Assembly: GCA_963787835.1 (NCBI GenBank)
Contig: CAWBEI010000002.1
Coordinates: 1,024,001 to 1,088,000, forward strand
Reading direction: 5' to 3'
DNA from: Ignavibacteriota bacterium
GTDB lineage: Bacteria > Bacteroidota > Ignavibacteria > Palsa-1295
Length of the DNA: 64,000 bases
The notes under the pieces are model-generated. The model was not told where the DNA came from. It ran no database searches and saw nothing but the letters and a program-made list of their open reading frames with translations. A program made the position numbers and the translations under genes. The number at the start of each line of letters is the position of its first letter. The stretch's first letter is position 1. Of this stretch, positions 19,560-28,441 are shown one piece after another.

Positions 19560-20110
19560 TGCCCTTCGATCTCCAACCTACGCTTACCGGTGAACTTGTA
19601 GAACTGCGCCCGCTGCGGGAAGAAGATTGGGTGGAGTTGTTCGCGGTTGCGTCCGATCCGTTGATATGGGAGCTGCATCCGGCGCGGGAGCGATACAAAG
19701 AGGAAAATTTTCGCGAATTTTTTCGTGGCGCGATGGAGAGCGGCGGAGCCTTCGTCGTCATTGACCGCAAAACCGGCCGCATTATTGGTTCCACCCGCTA
19801 TCACGATTATCGTCCGGAGGGTGATGATGAGCCAAATACCAGCGAGATCGAGATCGGCTGGACGTTCCTTGCGCGCGCCTATTGGGGCGGCATCTATAAC
19901 GGCGAAATGAAGCGGCTGATGCTGAAGCATGCCTTCCAATTTGCGGACCGGGTTTTGTTCTTCGTCGGAATACGCAACTGGCGTTCCCAGCAAGCAATGA
20001 AGAAGATCGGCGGTGTCCGTATCGATGAGCGAACCGACGAAACGGCCGGCAGAGCTTTGTGTATGAAATTCGCAAGGTCTAAGGCACTTTCGATATATCG
20101 AAATAGTTGA
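19559..20110 (+). CDS. GNAT (RimJ/L-like) acetyltransferase; probable frameshift near 20043, with the true stop probably at 20082
   Basis: IIGSTRY, IEIGWTFLARAYWG, NWRSQQAMKKIG. Confidence 0.85.
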   Translation: MPFDLQPTLTGELVELRPLREEDWVELFAVASDPLIWELHPARERYKEENFREFFRGAMESGGAFVVIDRKTGRIIGSTRYHDYRPEGDDEPNTSEIEIGWTFLARAYWGGIYNGEMKRLMLKHAFQFADRVLFFVGIRNWRSQQAMKKIGGVRIDERTDETAGRALCMKFARSKALSIYRNS

Positions 20111-20116
20111 ATATAT
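20093..20116. promoter_or_regulatory. Putative ArsR-family operator (site 1)
   Basis: atatatcgaaatagttgaatatat, an imperfect palindrome just upstream of arsR; overlaps the perfect palindrome tttcgatatatcgaaa (20088-20103). Confidence 0.5.
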
Positions 20117-20118
20117 GA

Positions 20119-20385
20119 ATGAAAGACCGGGACGATAAACTTGTCAGGATCGCGAAGGCACTTGCGGATAAAACGCGGGTGAAGATCCTGCGCGAGTTGG
20201 TGAAACGCGGTCCCGTCAGTTGCGGTGAAGTTGGGAAGGATATACAGCTTTCGCAGCCGGCAGTTTCGCATCATCTAAAAATACTTGCGGATGCCAAGCT
20301 CGTTGTAATGGAGAAAGAAGGCCGTCAGGTGATCGTCATTGTGAATCGTAAGGCCATCGAGAAGTTTGCGTCACTCTTGCCATAA
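20119..20385 (+). CDS. ArsR/SmtB-family transcriptional regulator
   Basis: KALADKTRVKIL, LSQPAVSHHLKIL. Confidence 0.92.
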   Translation: MKDRDDKLVRIAKALADKTRVKILRELVKRGPVSCGEVGKDIQLSQPAVSHHLKILADAKLVVMEKEGRQVIVIVNRKAIEKFASLLP

Positions 20386-20406
20386 GGATTTCGCCAGATT
20401 GTATCA

Positions 20407-20430
20407 AGATATTGAAATATTTAGATGTAT
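20407..20430. promoter_or_regulatory. Putative ArsR-family operator (site 2)
   Basis: agatattgaaatatttagatgtat, 18/24 identical to site 1. Confidence 0.45.
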
Positions 20431-20454
20431 TGATATAAGCTATCCCTTCGCTGC

Positions 20455-20940
20455 ATGAATCTTTTTCTTCCGTTCCCCGAAGATCTTTTAGCGACCGCAC
20501 GCTTTCTCGATGATAGCCGCCTGAACAAGCAGGTTGTTGAAGCGTATCAAATCGGCCAGATCGCAATTAAACGAATGCGGGAACCAGAAGCGAAGATCGG
20601 CTGGCGAAATCATCCATCGGCGCTGCTGGTGTATAATGAAGGGCGACCAAAATTGCCGTGGCTGCAAACGTACATCGAAGCGCTGGATGAAGAATGGCGA
20701 TTTCGGGGATTTCGAAGATCGGAGGAATTTTTAGCGAAGCTCGATGCGCTTTTTAGCGAAGCAAAGTCGGTACGTCATCTTTCGCAAGAGCCAGTTTGCT
20801 GCTTTGTTGGCAATGGCACTGTGACCCACGGCGATGCAACGCTTATTGGTAAGCTCTACCAAGCGTATCTTCTGAAAAAATATATCGAGCAATCGAGACC
20901 GCCGCGTTGGACTAGACGACCATCTCCGATGGATCACTAA
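20455..20940 (+). CDS. Pyrimidine-dimer DNA glycosylase/T4 EndoV-like (MSMEG_6728-like) protein
   Basis: MNLFLP...LDDSRLNKQVVEAYQI...GWRNHP...EWRFRGF. Confidence 0.7.
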   Translation: MNLFLPFPEDLLATARFLDDSRLNKQVVEAYQIGQIAIKRMREPEAKIGWRNHPSALLVYNEGRPKLPWLQTYIEALDEEWRFRGFRRSEEFLAKLDALFSEAKSVRHLSQEPVCCFVGNGTVTHGDATLIGKLYQAYLLKKYIEQSRPPRWTRRPSPMDH

Positions 20941-20956
20941 AACGATTTAAGTCCAG

Positions 20957-21445
20957 CTACTGCAAATACGCCCGGAGCATCCACGCCATTTTTTCGTGCT
21001 TCTCCATGAGGCCGGTGAGGAAATCGGCGGTTCCGGTATCGTGATATTTCGCCTGCACGGTTTCGAGGTCGGCGCGTAACGATTGAATGATACGTTCGTG
21101 ATCTGCAAGTAGCACAGCGATCATGGCTTCCGCTTCGGGATTTCTTCCCGGGTTCTCTTTTAGGCGCGTGTTGTCCAAGAATTCCTTCATGGTTCCAAAC
21201 GCCGAACCTCCGAGGCTGCGTGCGCGTTCGGCTACATCATCAAAAATTTCGTCGAGCGCTTCGTATTGAGTCTCGAAGAACTTGTGCATTTCCATGAAGT
21301 TCATTCCCACCACATTCCAGTGGTACTTGCGGGTTTTGGTGTAGAGCAGGTATTCGTCCGAGAGCAGCACGTTAAGGATACGCGTGACGCCGTCACGGTC
21401 TTTCGGAGTGAGTCCTATTTCGATGGATTTTTGTAAGTCAGCCAT
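20957..21445 (-). CDS. dps: DNA starvation/stationary-phase protection protein Dps
   Basis: YHWNVVG.NF..MH..FE, DDVAER, HEKMAWML. Confidence 0.95.
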   Translation of the reverse strand: MADLQKSIEIGLTPKDRDGVTRILNVLLSDEYLLYTKTRKYHWNVVGMNFMEMHKFFETQYEALDEIFDDVAERARSLGGSAFGTMKEFLDNTRLKENPGRNPEAEAMIAVLLADHERIIQSLRADLETVQAKYHDTGTADFLTGLMEKHEKMAWMLRAYLQ

Positions 21446-21669
21446 AAATAATGTAAAAGCTAATAAGTGGTAGAAATCGCACCTGTTAACACGAATAGTT
21501 CGGAAACTACGCCTGATTTGTGAAGTGTGATGGTAAGAAAAACTGCCGGTTCTTCATTTTCCCCAAGCTAATTGTGAATTTTTACATTTTTCTGACAATG
21601 GCCTGACATTTTCATGACAACACGCCCCCGCCATTCAGATAATTTTGTACCCATAAAACAGGAGACATT

Positions 21670-22194
21670 ATGGTATATTCAAAATCCGCATTTGCATTGC
21701 TTTTCATATTTTCAACCATCTTCTTTGCAGGATGTGATATGGATATGGATTTTGGGGATTGGGGTAGTTTTACACCCGTGAAGCCGGCACCGCCTGCTCC
21801 ACCAGATACATCCTTTGAGGCTGGATGGGCGGGTCGATGGTACGCCGTGGATACCTCCTTCGGTGGAATCGACACATTAGACTTGAGTGCGAATGGGGAC
21901 ACATTATGGGTTCCAAAGAGAGCGCCTTTTCAAACCATGTGGACTACCACAAATATGACGATCACTGCAACCACTTTAGAGGTCACTGATTTGTATCTTG
22001 ATTTCCGATGTCTTACTTATAACCTTGACGGTTCGATAAGTCATGCATGGAGTGAGTCGTTCAGCTTTGAGTATCCTGAGGACAGCTTGATGACCGGTGG
22101 GGAAGAAATGGATACACTCACATTTAATGGGAGGTACAACGTACGGGGTGCCTTATTCGGGCAGCCAATTACGTTTACACGCCGGCCACAATAA
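21670..22194 (+). CDS. Hypothetical lipoprotein
   Basis: SD ggag; lipobox FAGC. Confidence 0.7.
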   Translation: MVYSKSAFALLFIFSTIFFAGCDMDMDFGDWGSFTPVKPAPPAPPDTSFEAGWAGRWYAVDTSFGGIDTLDLSANGDTLWVPKRAPFQTMWTTTNMTITATTLEVTDLYLDFRCLTYNLDGSISHAWSESFSFEYPEDSLMTGGEEMDTLTFNGRYNVRGALFGQPITFTRRPQ

Positions 22195-22224
22195 TGGATG
22201 GAAAACCAATAATCTGGAGGCATT

Positions 22225-22887
22225 ATGGCACACTCAAAATTCCCATTGTTCACATTTTTGGCATTGCTGGGCGCAGCGGTTTCGGGCTGCGCAACTACTA
22301 AGAATCTTTCGTCGGATTCCGCAGCGAACGAAGAAATAACTCGGAGCACCGTACGGGATGGTGCCGAGATCAAGCTCAAGGACCATACCGTTGAGTACGC
22401 TGCTTTTCATGTCGCTGTGAGGGCCGATTCGACGGAATGGTATTCCGAAGACTGGGTACTACGTCATGCAATCGCAACGACTTCCATCGAGTCGATCAGG
22501 ATTCGAACGCCAGAAAGTTTCTTGGCCGGGGTAGGATCAGGATTTGAAGCGGGTATCATTCCGAGCATGATAGTTGGGCTGTTGGCATATTCAGCAGGGG
22601 GCTCTGGTTTGGGGATAATGGGCGGGGGATGGAATGAGGCACATGCGCTCCCTGGCCTTGAATACGGTTTTGGCATCGTGATGGCGCCCTTCCTTATCGT
22701 CGGCGGATTGACATGTTCCGACCACCAAACCGTGTATGAAAGCAACCCAGTCCAAAACCAAACAGCGGAACCCGATCTCCAAGCCGAAGCCAGCGGGAAA
22801 TGGGTGTTAAAGAATACCCTATGGGTTTTCGTCCCCAACGATACGCTCACTAAGCATGATACCACCCAAACAAAGCTCCCAAATTAG
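22225..22887 (+). CDS. Hypothetical lipoprotein, Gly-rich hydrophobic C-half (paralogue 1)
   Basis: Lipobox VSGC; VAVRADSTEW motif shared with neighbours. Confidence 0.75.
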   Translation: MAHSKFPLFTFLALLGAAVSGCATTKNLSSDSAANEEITRSTVRDGAEIKLKDHTVEYAAFHVAVRADSTEWYSEDWVLRHAIATTSIESIRIRTPESFLAGVGSGFEAGIIPSMIVGLLAYSAGGSGLGIMGGGWNEAHALPGLEYGFGIVMAPFLIVGGLTCSDHQTVYESNPVQNQTAEPDLQAEASGKWVLKNTLWVFVPNDTLTKHDTTQTKLPN

Positions 22888-22903
22888 TTAACAGGAGTCC
22901 ATT

Positions 22904-23416
22904 ATGCAATACCATTCAAGATTCCCACATTTCGCATTTCTGGCACTGATGTGCGCGGCGGTTGCGAGCTGCACATCTTCAAACCGTTTAAGCAGCGACC
23001 CGCAGACGGCTGAGGATATTCTGCGCGAAAGCACGATACACATGGCGCGCGTCACATTAATTAATGGCTATCGAGTGGATTGTTACTCCGTCGTCGTTCG
23101 AAAGGATTCTACGAGATGGCGATTGAATGATACTGCTTCGGAAGTAGCCATTCCAACGGATAGCATTTACTCAATAAATATTCCAGAACCCCAAATAGGC
23201 GGGGGCATAGCTGCTGGCATTTTAGGCGGCGCAGTTATAGGAGGAGCGATCGGCTATGCCACCACCCCCGCGCCATCCGCAAGCAATCTTGATAATTTAG
23301 CCGGTATTGGAACTGTTCTCGATATATTGGCCGGCGCGGCTCTCGGAATCGTGTTTGGAGCTATCTTGGGCGGTTCCATTGGAGCCACCAATGGTTCGGT
23401 CTGGACAACACATTAG
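22904..23416 (+). CDS. Hypothetical lipoprotein with glycine zipper (paralogue 2)
   Basis: VASC; VRKDSTRW; GILGGAVIGGAIG. Confidence 0.75.
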   Translation: MQYHSRFPHFAFLALMCAAVASCTSSNRLSSDPQTAEDILRESTIHMARVTLINGYRVDCYSVVVRKDSTRWRLNDTASEVAIPTDSIYSINIPEPQIGGGIAAGILGGAVIGGAIGYATTPAPSASNLDNLAGIGTVLDILAGAALGIVFGAILGGSIGATNGSVWTTH

Positions 23417-23433
23417 TTAACAGAGGTGCTTTT

Positions 23434-24075
23434 ATGCAACACCATTCAAAATTCCCACTGTTCGCATTGCTGGCACTCATGTGCGCGGCGGTTTCGGGCT
23501 GCACCTCTTCAAACCGTTTAAGTGCCGATCCTCAGACCGCCGAAACAATTCTGGAAGAGAGCTCGGATCATGGGGCTACCGTCACATTAATGAATGGCGA
23601 TACGATCCATTGCTACGCTGTTTCGGTTCGAAAAGACTCGACCCGGTGGCAACTGATCAAATCTGGACTGGAGGTATTAGGAACGGAGATATCCGTGGCA
23701 ACCGACAGCATATTCTCTATTAGAATTGGTTATCCTAAGATTCAATCTGGAATGGTTTCACGAGCAGAGGTTGGTGCATTCGGTGGATGGGCCTCAGGTT
23801 TCGTATTGGGTTTGCTAACACCGGTCCCTGTTTCGATTCTGGGTATTCCGTTCAAATTTCCTTTTGATTTCACTTATGCTCTTCAGACAAGTCTTGTTGG
23901 CGGGGTTGTGGGATTGGTCGTTGGCGGCATCATCGGAGGAATTATTGGCGCCGCAGACAATGGAACGGTTTGGAGAGGCGGTGGGAAGTGGGATTCGACG
24001 CTCGATCAATGGATCTACCCATCGATGGACTCGCTGCGTTTACGTGATACAATTGATACCAAGCTCCCACATTAA
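23434..24075 (+). CDS. Hypothetical lipoprotein with glycine zipper (paralogue 3)
   Basis: VSGC; VRKDSTRW; GGVVGLVVGGIIGGIIG. Confidence 0.75.
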   Translation: MQHHSKFPLFALLALMCAAVSGCTSSNRLSADPQTAETILEESSDHGATVTLMNGDTIHCYAVSVRKDSTRWQLIKSGLEVLGTEISVATDSIFSIRIGYPKIQSGMVSRAEVGAFGGWASGFVLGLLTPVPVSILGIPFKFPFDFTYALQTSLVGGVVGLVVGGIIGGIIGAADNGTVWRGGGKWDSTLDQWIYPSMDSLRLRDTIDTKLPH

Positions 24076-24092
24076 TTAAAAGGGAAATTCTC

Positions 24093-24116
24093 AACACCGC
24101 ACATGTGCGAGGTGTT
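24093..24116. terminator. Hairpin between convergent genes
   Basis: aacaccgcac at gtgcgaggtgtt. Confidence 0.45.
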
Positions 24117-24359
24117 TTAAGCTTCTTCCATCTCATCCGTCAGCGCATCGCCGGTATCTTCGATGATGGATCGTGCGCGAGCGAGATCGCCGGGCTCTAC
24201 GTAGAGGTGAAAGCCATTCGAGAAGTCGATCATGGGAAGCACGTTTGAGCGGTCCTGCGCTTCGATCATGGCCTCGATGCCTTCGCGTTCGAGCTTGGTG
24301 CGGACGAGTTCTGCCTCGAATTCAGTTTGGTAGGTTGAGAGGAGTTCTAAGTCTTTCAT
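24117..24359 (-). CDS. DUF2007-like (PII-like putative signal-transducing) protein
   Basis: Y.TEFEAELVRTKLEREGIEA...LYV...DL..AR.II. Confidence 0.8.
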   Translation of the reverse strand: MKDLELLSTYQTEFEAELVRTKLEREGIEAMIEAQDRSNVLPMIDFSNGFHLYVEPGDLARARSIIEDTGDALTDEMEEA

Positions 24360-24361
24360 TT

Positions 24362-24442
24362 AGTTGTGAGTAATGAGTAACGAGTACGGGAAAATATAAT
24401 GCAAAGCAACACTTCTTACGCGTTACTCATTCACTCGTTACT
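24362..24442. repeat. Inverted tandem-heptamer element (AGTAAYG)n
   Basis: agttgtg agtaatg agtaacg agta ... ttacgcg ttactca ttcactcg ttact. Confidence 0.7.
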
Positions 24443-24652
24443 TAAAGCAAAAATACGATTTTTCTCTCGGAGCCTGAAAAATTTATTATTTTTGTATTCA
24501 AAAGAATGAAAAACCACGAGTGACGATGATCGCCGAAGGCGATTTTTAGGTTCTCCTGCATCGTCAATCGTAGTTGTTCCTTCCTCCGTAACGCATGAGG
24601 TATCATGTGTGTGATGCCTTTGACTTGAACATCTCCACGCCCCAAAAGATAG

Positions 24653-25315
24653 ATGCCGCAAATTTTTAAGAGGAGCACGAACGCGCTCGCGCGAGTGTCG
24701 ATCGTTAGCTCGGGAGGAATCGCCGTGCTTGCGATCTACTATCTCTTTTTGGGGTTGCCACGCTCTTCGTATTTTAATCAGACCGAGGTCATTAAAACAC
24801 AACCGGTGCAGTTCAGCCACAAGCATCATGTGGGCGATGACGGTATCGACTGCCGCTATTGCCACACTTCGGTTGAAAGCTCGGCAAGCGCCGGAATGCC
24901 TCCGACCAAAACGTGCATGAATTGCCATTCCCAGCTTTTCGCCACGACTGTGTATCTTGAGCCTGTCCGTGAAAGCTGGAAGACCGGCATCCCGATCAAA
25001 TGGACGCGCATTCACGATCTTCCAGACTATGTGTATTTTAACCATTCCATCCATCTCAACAAAGGCGTAGGCTGCTCGACGTGCCATGGACGTGTTGACC
25101 AGATGCCCCTGGTACGACAAGTATCCTCGCTTCAGATGGAATGGTGCATCCAGTGCCACCGCGCACCGGAACAATATCTTAGACCCCGAAGCCAGGTATT
25201 CAACATGGCGTATGAAGCGCCATCAAATCAACAAGAACTTGGCTTGAAACTGAAGAAGGAATATCATGTGCTTGGCTCGGATGTATTAACGAGCTGCTCG
25301 ACGTGCCACCGCTAA
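24653..25315 (+). CDS. actA: Alternative complex III pentahaem cytochrome c
   Basis: Five CxxCH motifs, QPVQFSHKHH, N-terminal TM helix. Confidence 0.93.
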   Translation: MPQIFKRSTNALARVSIVSSGGIAVLAIYYLFLGLPRSSYFNQTEVIKTQPVQFSHKHHVGDDGIDCRYCHTSVESSASAGMPPTKTCMNCHSQLFATTVYLEPVRESWKTGIPIKWTRIHDLPDYVYFNHSIHLNKGVGCSTCHGRVDQMPLVRQVSSLQMEWCIQCHRAPEQYLRPRSQVFNMAYEAPSNQQELGLKLKKEYHVLGSDVLTSCSTCHR

Positions 25316-28300
25316 TGGAGACTCAAAAAGTGGATAGTGGAAAGTTCATAGTGGATAACGAGAATGGGAGAGGAAATTTTGTTCCGCTCTCCACTATCCG
25401 TTATCCACTTTCCACTTCCCCAAAAGAATACTGGCGTTCCCTCGATGAGCTGGCGGATTCTCCGGAGTTCGATAGCTTTGTTCGCCGCGAGTATCCATCG
25501 CAAACCGAGGTTCTGATTGACCCGGTCAGCCGCCGATCCTTCATGAAGCTAATGGGCGCATCTCTTGGCCTTGCCGGCCTTGCGGCGTGTACCGTTCAGC
25601 CGAAAGAAGAAGTTATTCCTTATGTGAAGCAGCCGGAAGAGGTTGTCCCCGGCAAGCCACTTTATTTTGCCACAGCCATGCCACGCTCCGGCGGAGCGAT
25701 GGGCTTACTGGTCCGCAGTAACGAAGGCCGTCCGACGAAAGTCGAAGGCAATCCCGATCATCCGGCGAGCCTTGGCGCGACGGATATTTTTGCCCAAGCT
25801 GCAATTTTAGGATTGTACGATCCTGACCGCTCGCAGGCGATCAGTCATTTGGGCGATGTTGGCCAGTGGGGAGATTTCGTAACTGCTATCGCAGGTCGAG
25901 TTTCCCTATTGGGATCGAACAAGGGCGAAGGCCTTCGCTTTCTCACAGAATCGACAACATCGCCCTCGTTCGCAGCGATGATGCAGGGCATTCTTACCGA
26001 CTTGCCATCTGCAAAATGGCATCAATACGAGCCGGCCAAAGGCAATGGCCAGTTCTATGCTGCCGGCGCGAACACGAATGTGATGTACCGCTTCGACAAA
26101 GCGGATCGCATTCTTTCGCTGGACAGCGATTTCATGACGGATTCCAGTTCCAGCGTTCGTTATGCGCGCGATTGGGCTACTCGCCGTAAGGTAAGTACCT
26201 CCAGTTCGGATATGAGCCGCCTGTATGTTGCGGAGACGAGCTTTTCCACGACGGGAGCGAATGCGGATAATCGCATTGCGGTTCGCCCAAGCGAGTATCA
26301 ATCATTCGTTGAAGCAATTGCGAGCGCTCTCGGCGTTGGCGTTAGTTCCTCCGGCAAGATCACGGATAGGCAAGGCGCGTTTGTGGATGCGGTTGCCAAA
26401 GATCTTCTTGCAATGAAGGGCCGATCCCTTGTGATAGTCGGGGAATGGCAGCCTGCGTACATTCATGCGCTCGCTCGCAAGATAAACGAGGCGCTTGGGA
26501 ATGTTAGTAACACTGTTTTTTATTCCAGCGCCGTCGAAGCAAGCCCGGTCGATCATCTTGCTTCGATCACCGATCTTGCGCTTGATATGGCGAAGGGTGA
26601 GGTCGATACGCTCATCATACTGGGTGGGGTGAATCCGGTTTATTCCGCCCCGGCCGATCTGAATTTTGCGACGGCGATGAAGAAAGTTCCATTCATCGTG
26701 CATCACGGCCTGTATTATGATGAGACGGCCGAGCTTTCCCATTGGCATGTGAACGAAGCGCACTTCCTGGAAGCATGGGGTGATGCCAAAGCTCACGATG
26801 GCACGGCTTCGATCATACAGCCGCTTATCGCGCCGCTGTATGGCGGCAAGACCTCGGCCGAAGTGCTCACGACGTTCACAAAGAACGCGTCGCTCTCAGC
26901 CTACGAGATCGTTAAGAATTACTGGACCTCTGGCGATAAAAACGGCGATGTCGTGAAATCGTGGCGCAAAGCGCTGAACGATGGCGTCATCCAAAATACT
27001 CAAACCGCAGTTCTCACGGCTGCGCCCGCTGGATCTCCGGAACAATCACAGCCTGCGGCGGCAAGCAGTAATGCTGGTGAAGGTTATGACATCGTATTCC
27101 GCCCTGATCCGACGATCTACGATGGGCGCTACGCAAATTTAGGATGGCTTCAGGAATTACAGAAGCCGATCACGACCCTCACATGGGATAACGCCGCTTT
27201 CGTGAGCCAGAAAACAGCCGAGGCGCTGGATCTCAAGGCGACACTTCGATTTACGGGCGGCGAATACGAGTGCGATGTTGTTCATATCGAAGTCGATGGC
27301 AAGAGCGTGAACGCTCCGGTATGGATCATCCCCGGTCAGCCGGATAATACGGTGACCGTTCATCTTGGCTATGGCCGAAAGAAGGCTGGCAAAGTAGGAA
27401 CCGAACTTGGCTTTGACGCCGGGCAAATTCGTACGACAAAGAATTTCTGGTTCGCAACCGGCGCGAAAGTTCGAAAGAAAAATCAAACCTACAAGCTGGC
27501 CGGTACGCAGGTACACTTCTCGATGGAAGATCGTAATGCGGTGCGTTCGGCTACGTTCGAGGAGTACAAGAAGCATCCTGATTTTGTCCACCATGCGATC
27601 GAAGCGCCCAAGCCAGGCAGAGCGCCAGAGAGCTTGGAAGAGCCCTCGAAGGAAATGTCGATGTTCCCGCCCTACAAGTACAATGGGTACGCATGGGGCA
27701 TGACGATCGACCTGAATTCCTGCATCGGCTGCAATGCGTGTATGATCGCCTGCGTGGCGGAGAATAACATTCCCGTCGTCGGCAAGGAGCAAGTACTTCG
27801 CAGCCGCGAAATGCACTGGATCCGTGTGGATCGGTATTACACCGGCGCTGCCGAAGATCCCGAGACATATTTCCAGCCGGTTCCCTGCCAGCAGTGCGAG
27901 AACGCTCCGTGCGAGCTCGTCTGCCCGGTCGGTGCAACAGTACACAGTTCCGAGGGCTTGAACGACATGACGTATAACCGTTGTGTCGGTACACGATATT
28001 GCGGCAACAACTGTCCCTATAAAGTGCGCCGGTTCAACTTCCTGCTGTATCAGGATTGGACGACGCCGCAATTCAAGATGATGCGCAATCCGGAAGTCAC
28101 GGTTCGCAGCCGTGGCGTGATGGAAAAATGCACGTATTGTGTGCAGCGGATTCAAAATGCAAAGATCGGCGCAGAAAAGGAAAACCGCCGCGTGCGCGAT
28201 GGAGACATCGTCACCGCATGCGAAGCCGTCTGCCCGACGGATGCGATCGTGTTTGGGGACATCAACGATGCCACCAGCCGCGTTGCAAAACTCAAGAGCG

Positions 28301-28437
28301 ATACTCGTAATTACGCGCTCCTGGGCGATCTGAACACGCAGCCGCGCACCACGTATCTTGGCGTGGTTCGCAACCCGAACCTCGAGATCAAGCGTATCCC
28401 AGGAAAGCGCGAAAGTATTTTGGAGGAGATCTCCTGA
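25315..28437 (+). CDS. actB: ACIII molybdopterin-oxidoreductase-like/Fe-S subunit (ATG at 25315)
   Basis: YWRSL, Tat motif SRRSFMK, EGRPTKVEGNP, CIGCNAC, CQQCENAPC, MEKCTYC. Confidence 0.95.
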   Translation: METQKVDSGKFIVDNENGRGNFVPLSTIRYPLSTSPKEYWRSLDELADSPEFDSFVRREYPSQTEVLIDPVSRRSFMKLMGASLGLAGLAACTVQPKEEVIPYVKQPEEVVPGKPLYFATAMPRSGGAMGLLVRSNEGRPTKVEGNPDHPASLGATDIFAQAAILGLYDPDRSQAISHLGDVGQWGDFVTAIAGRVSLLGSNKGEGLRFLTESTTSPSFAAMMQGILTDLPSAKWHQYEPAKGNGQFYAAGANTNVMYRFDKADRILSLDSDFMTDSSSSVRYARDWATRRKVSTSSSDMSRLYVAETSFSTTGANADNRIAVRPSEYQSFVEAIASALGVGVSSSGKITDRQGAFVDAVAKDLLAMKGRSLVIVGEWQPAYIHALARKINEALGNVSNTVFYSSAVEASPVDHLASITDLALDMAKGEVDTLIILGGVNPVYSAPADLNFATAMKKVPFIVHHGLYYDETAELSHWHVNEAHFLEAWGDAKAHDGTASIIQPLIAPLYGGKTSAEVLTTFTKNASLSAYEIVKNYWTSGDKNGDVVKSWRKALNDGVIQNTQTAVLTAAPAGSPEQSQPAAASSNAGEGYDIVFRPDPTIYDGRYANLGWLQELQKPITTLTWDNAAFVSQKTAEALDLKATLRFTGGEYECDVVHIEVDGKSVNAPVWIIPGQPDNTVTVHLGYGRKKAGKVGTELGFDAGQIRTTKNFWFATGAKVRKKNQTYKLAGTQVHFSMEDRNAVRSATFEEYKKHPDFVHHAIEAPKPGRAPESLEEPSKEMSMFPPYKYNGYAWGMTIDLNSCIGCNACMIACVAENNIPVVGKEQVLRSREMHWIRVDRYYTGAAEDPETYFQPVPCQQCENAPCELVCPVGATVHSSEGLNDMTYNRCVGTRYCGNNCPYKVRRFNFLLYQDWTTPQFKMMRNPEVTVRSRGVMEKCTYCVQRIQNAKIGAEKENRRVRDGDIVTACEAVCPTDAIVFGDINDATSRVAKLKSDTRNYALLGDLNTQPRTTYLGVVRNPNLEIKRIPGKRESILEEIS
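25328..25417. repeat. Inverted tandem-heptamer element (TAGTGGA)n in frame in the actB 5' end
   Basis: aagtgga tagtgga aagttca tagtgga ... tccacta tccgtta tccactt tccactt. Confidence 0.8.
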
Positions 28438-28441
28438 CGCC

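Noticed and set aside
21670-24075. Diversity-generating retroelement acting on the lipoprotein array
   Set aside because: No reverse transcriptase and no adenine-specific TR/VR pair seen.
24605-24635. CRP/FNR site upstream of actA (tgtga...tgact)
   Set aside because: The second half-site match is too weak to support.
25328-25417. DnaA-box-like gtggataa/ttatccac suggesting oriC
   Set aside because: They are units of the heptamer inverted repeat inside actB.
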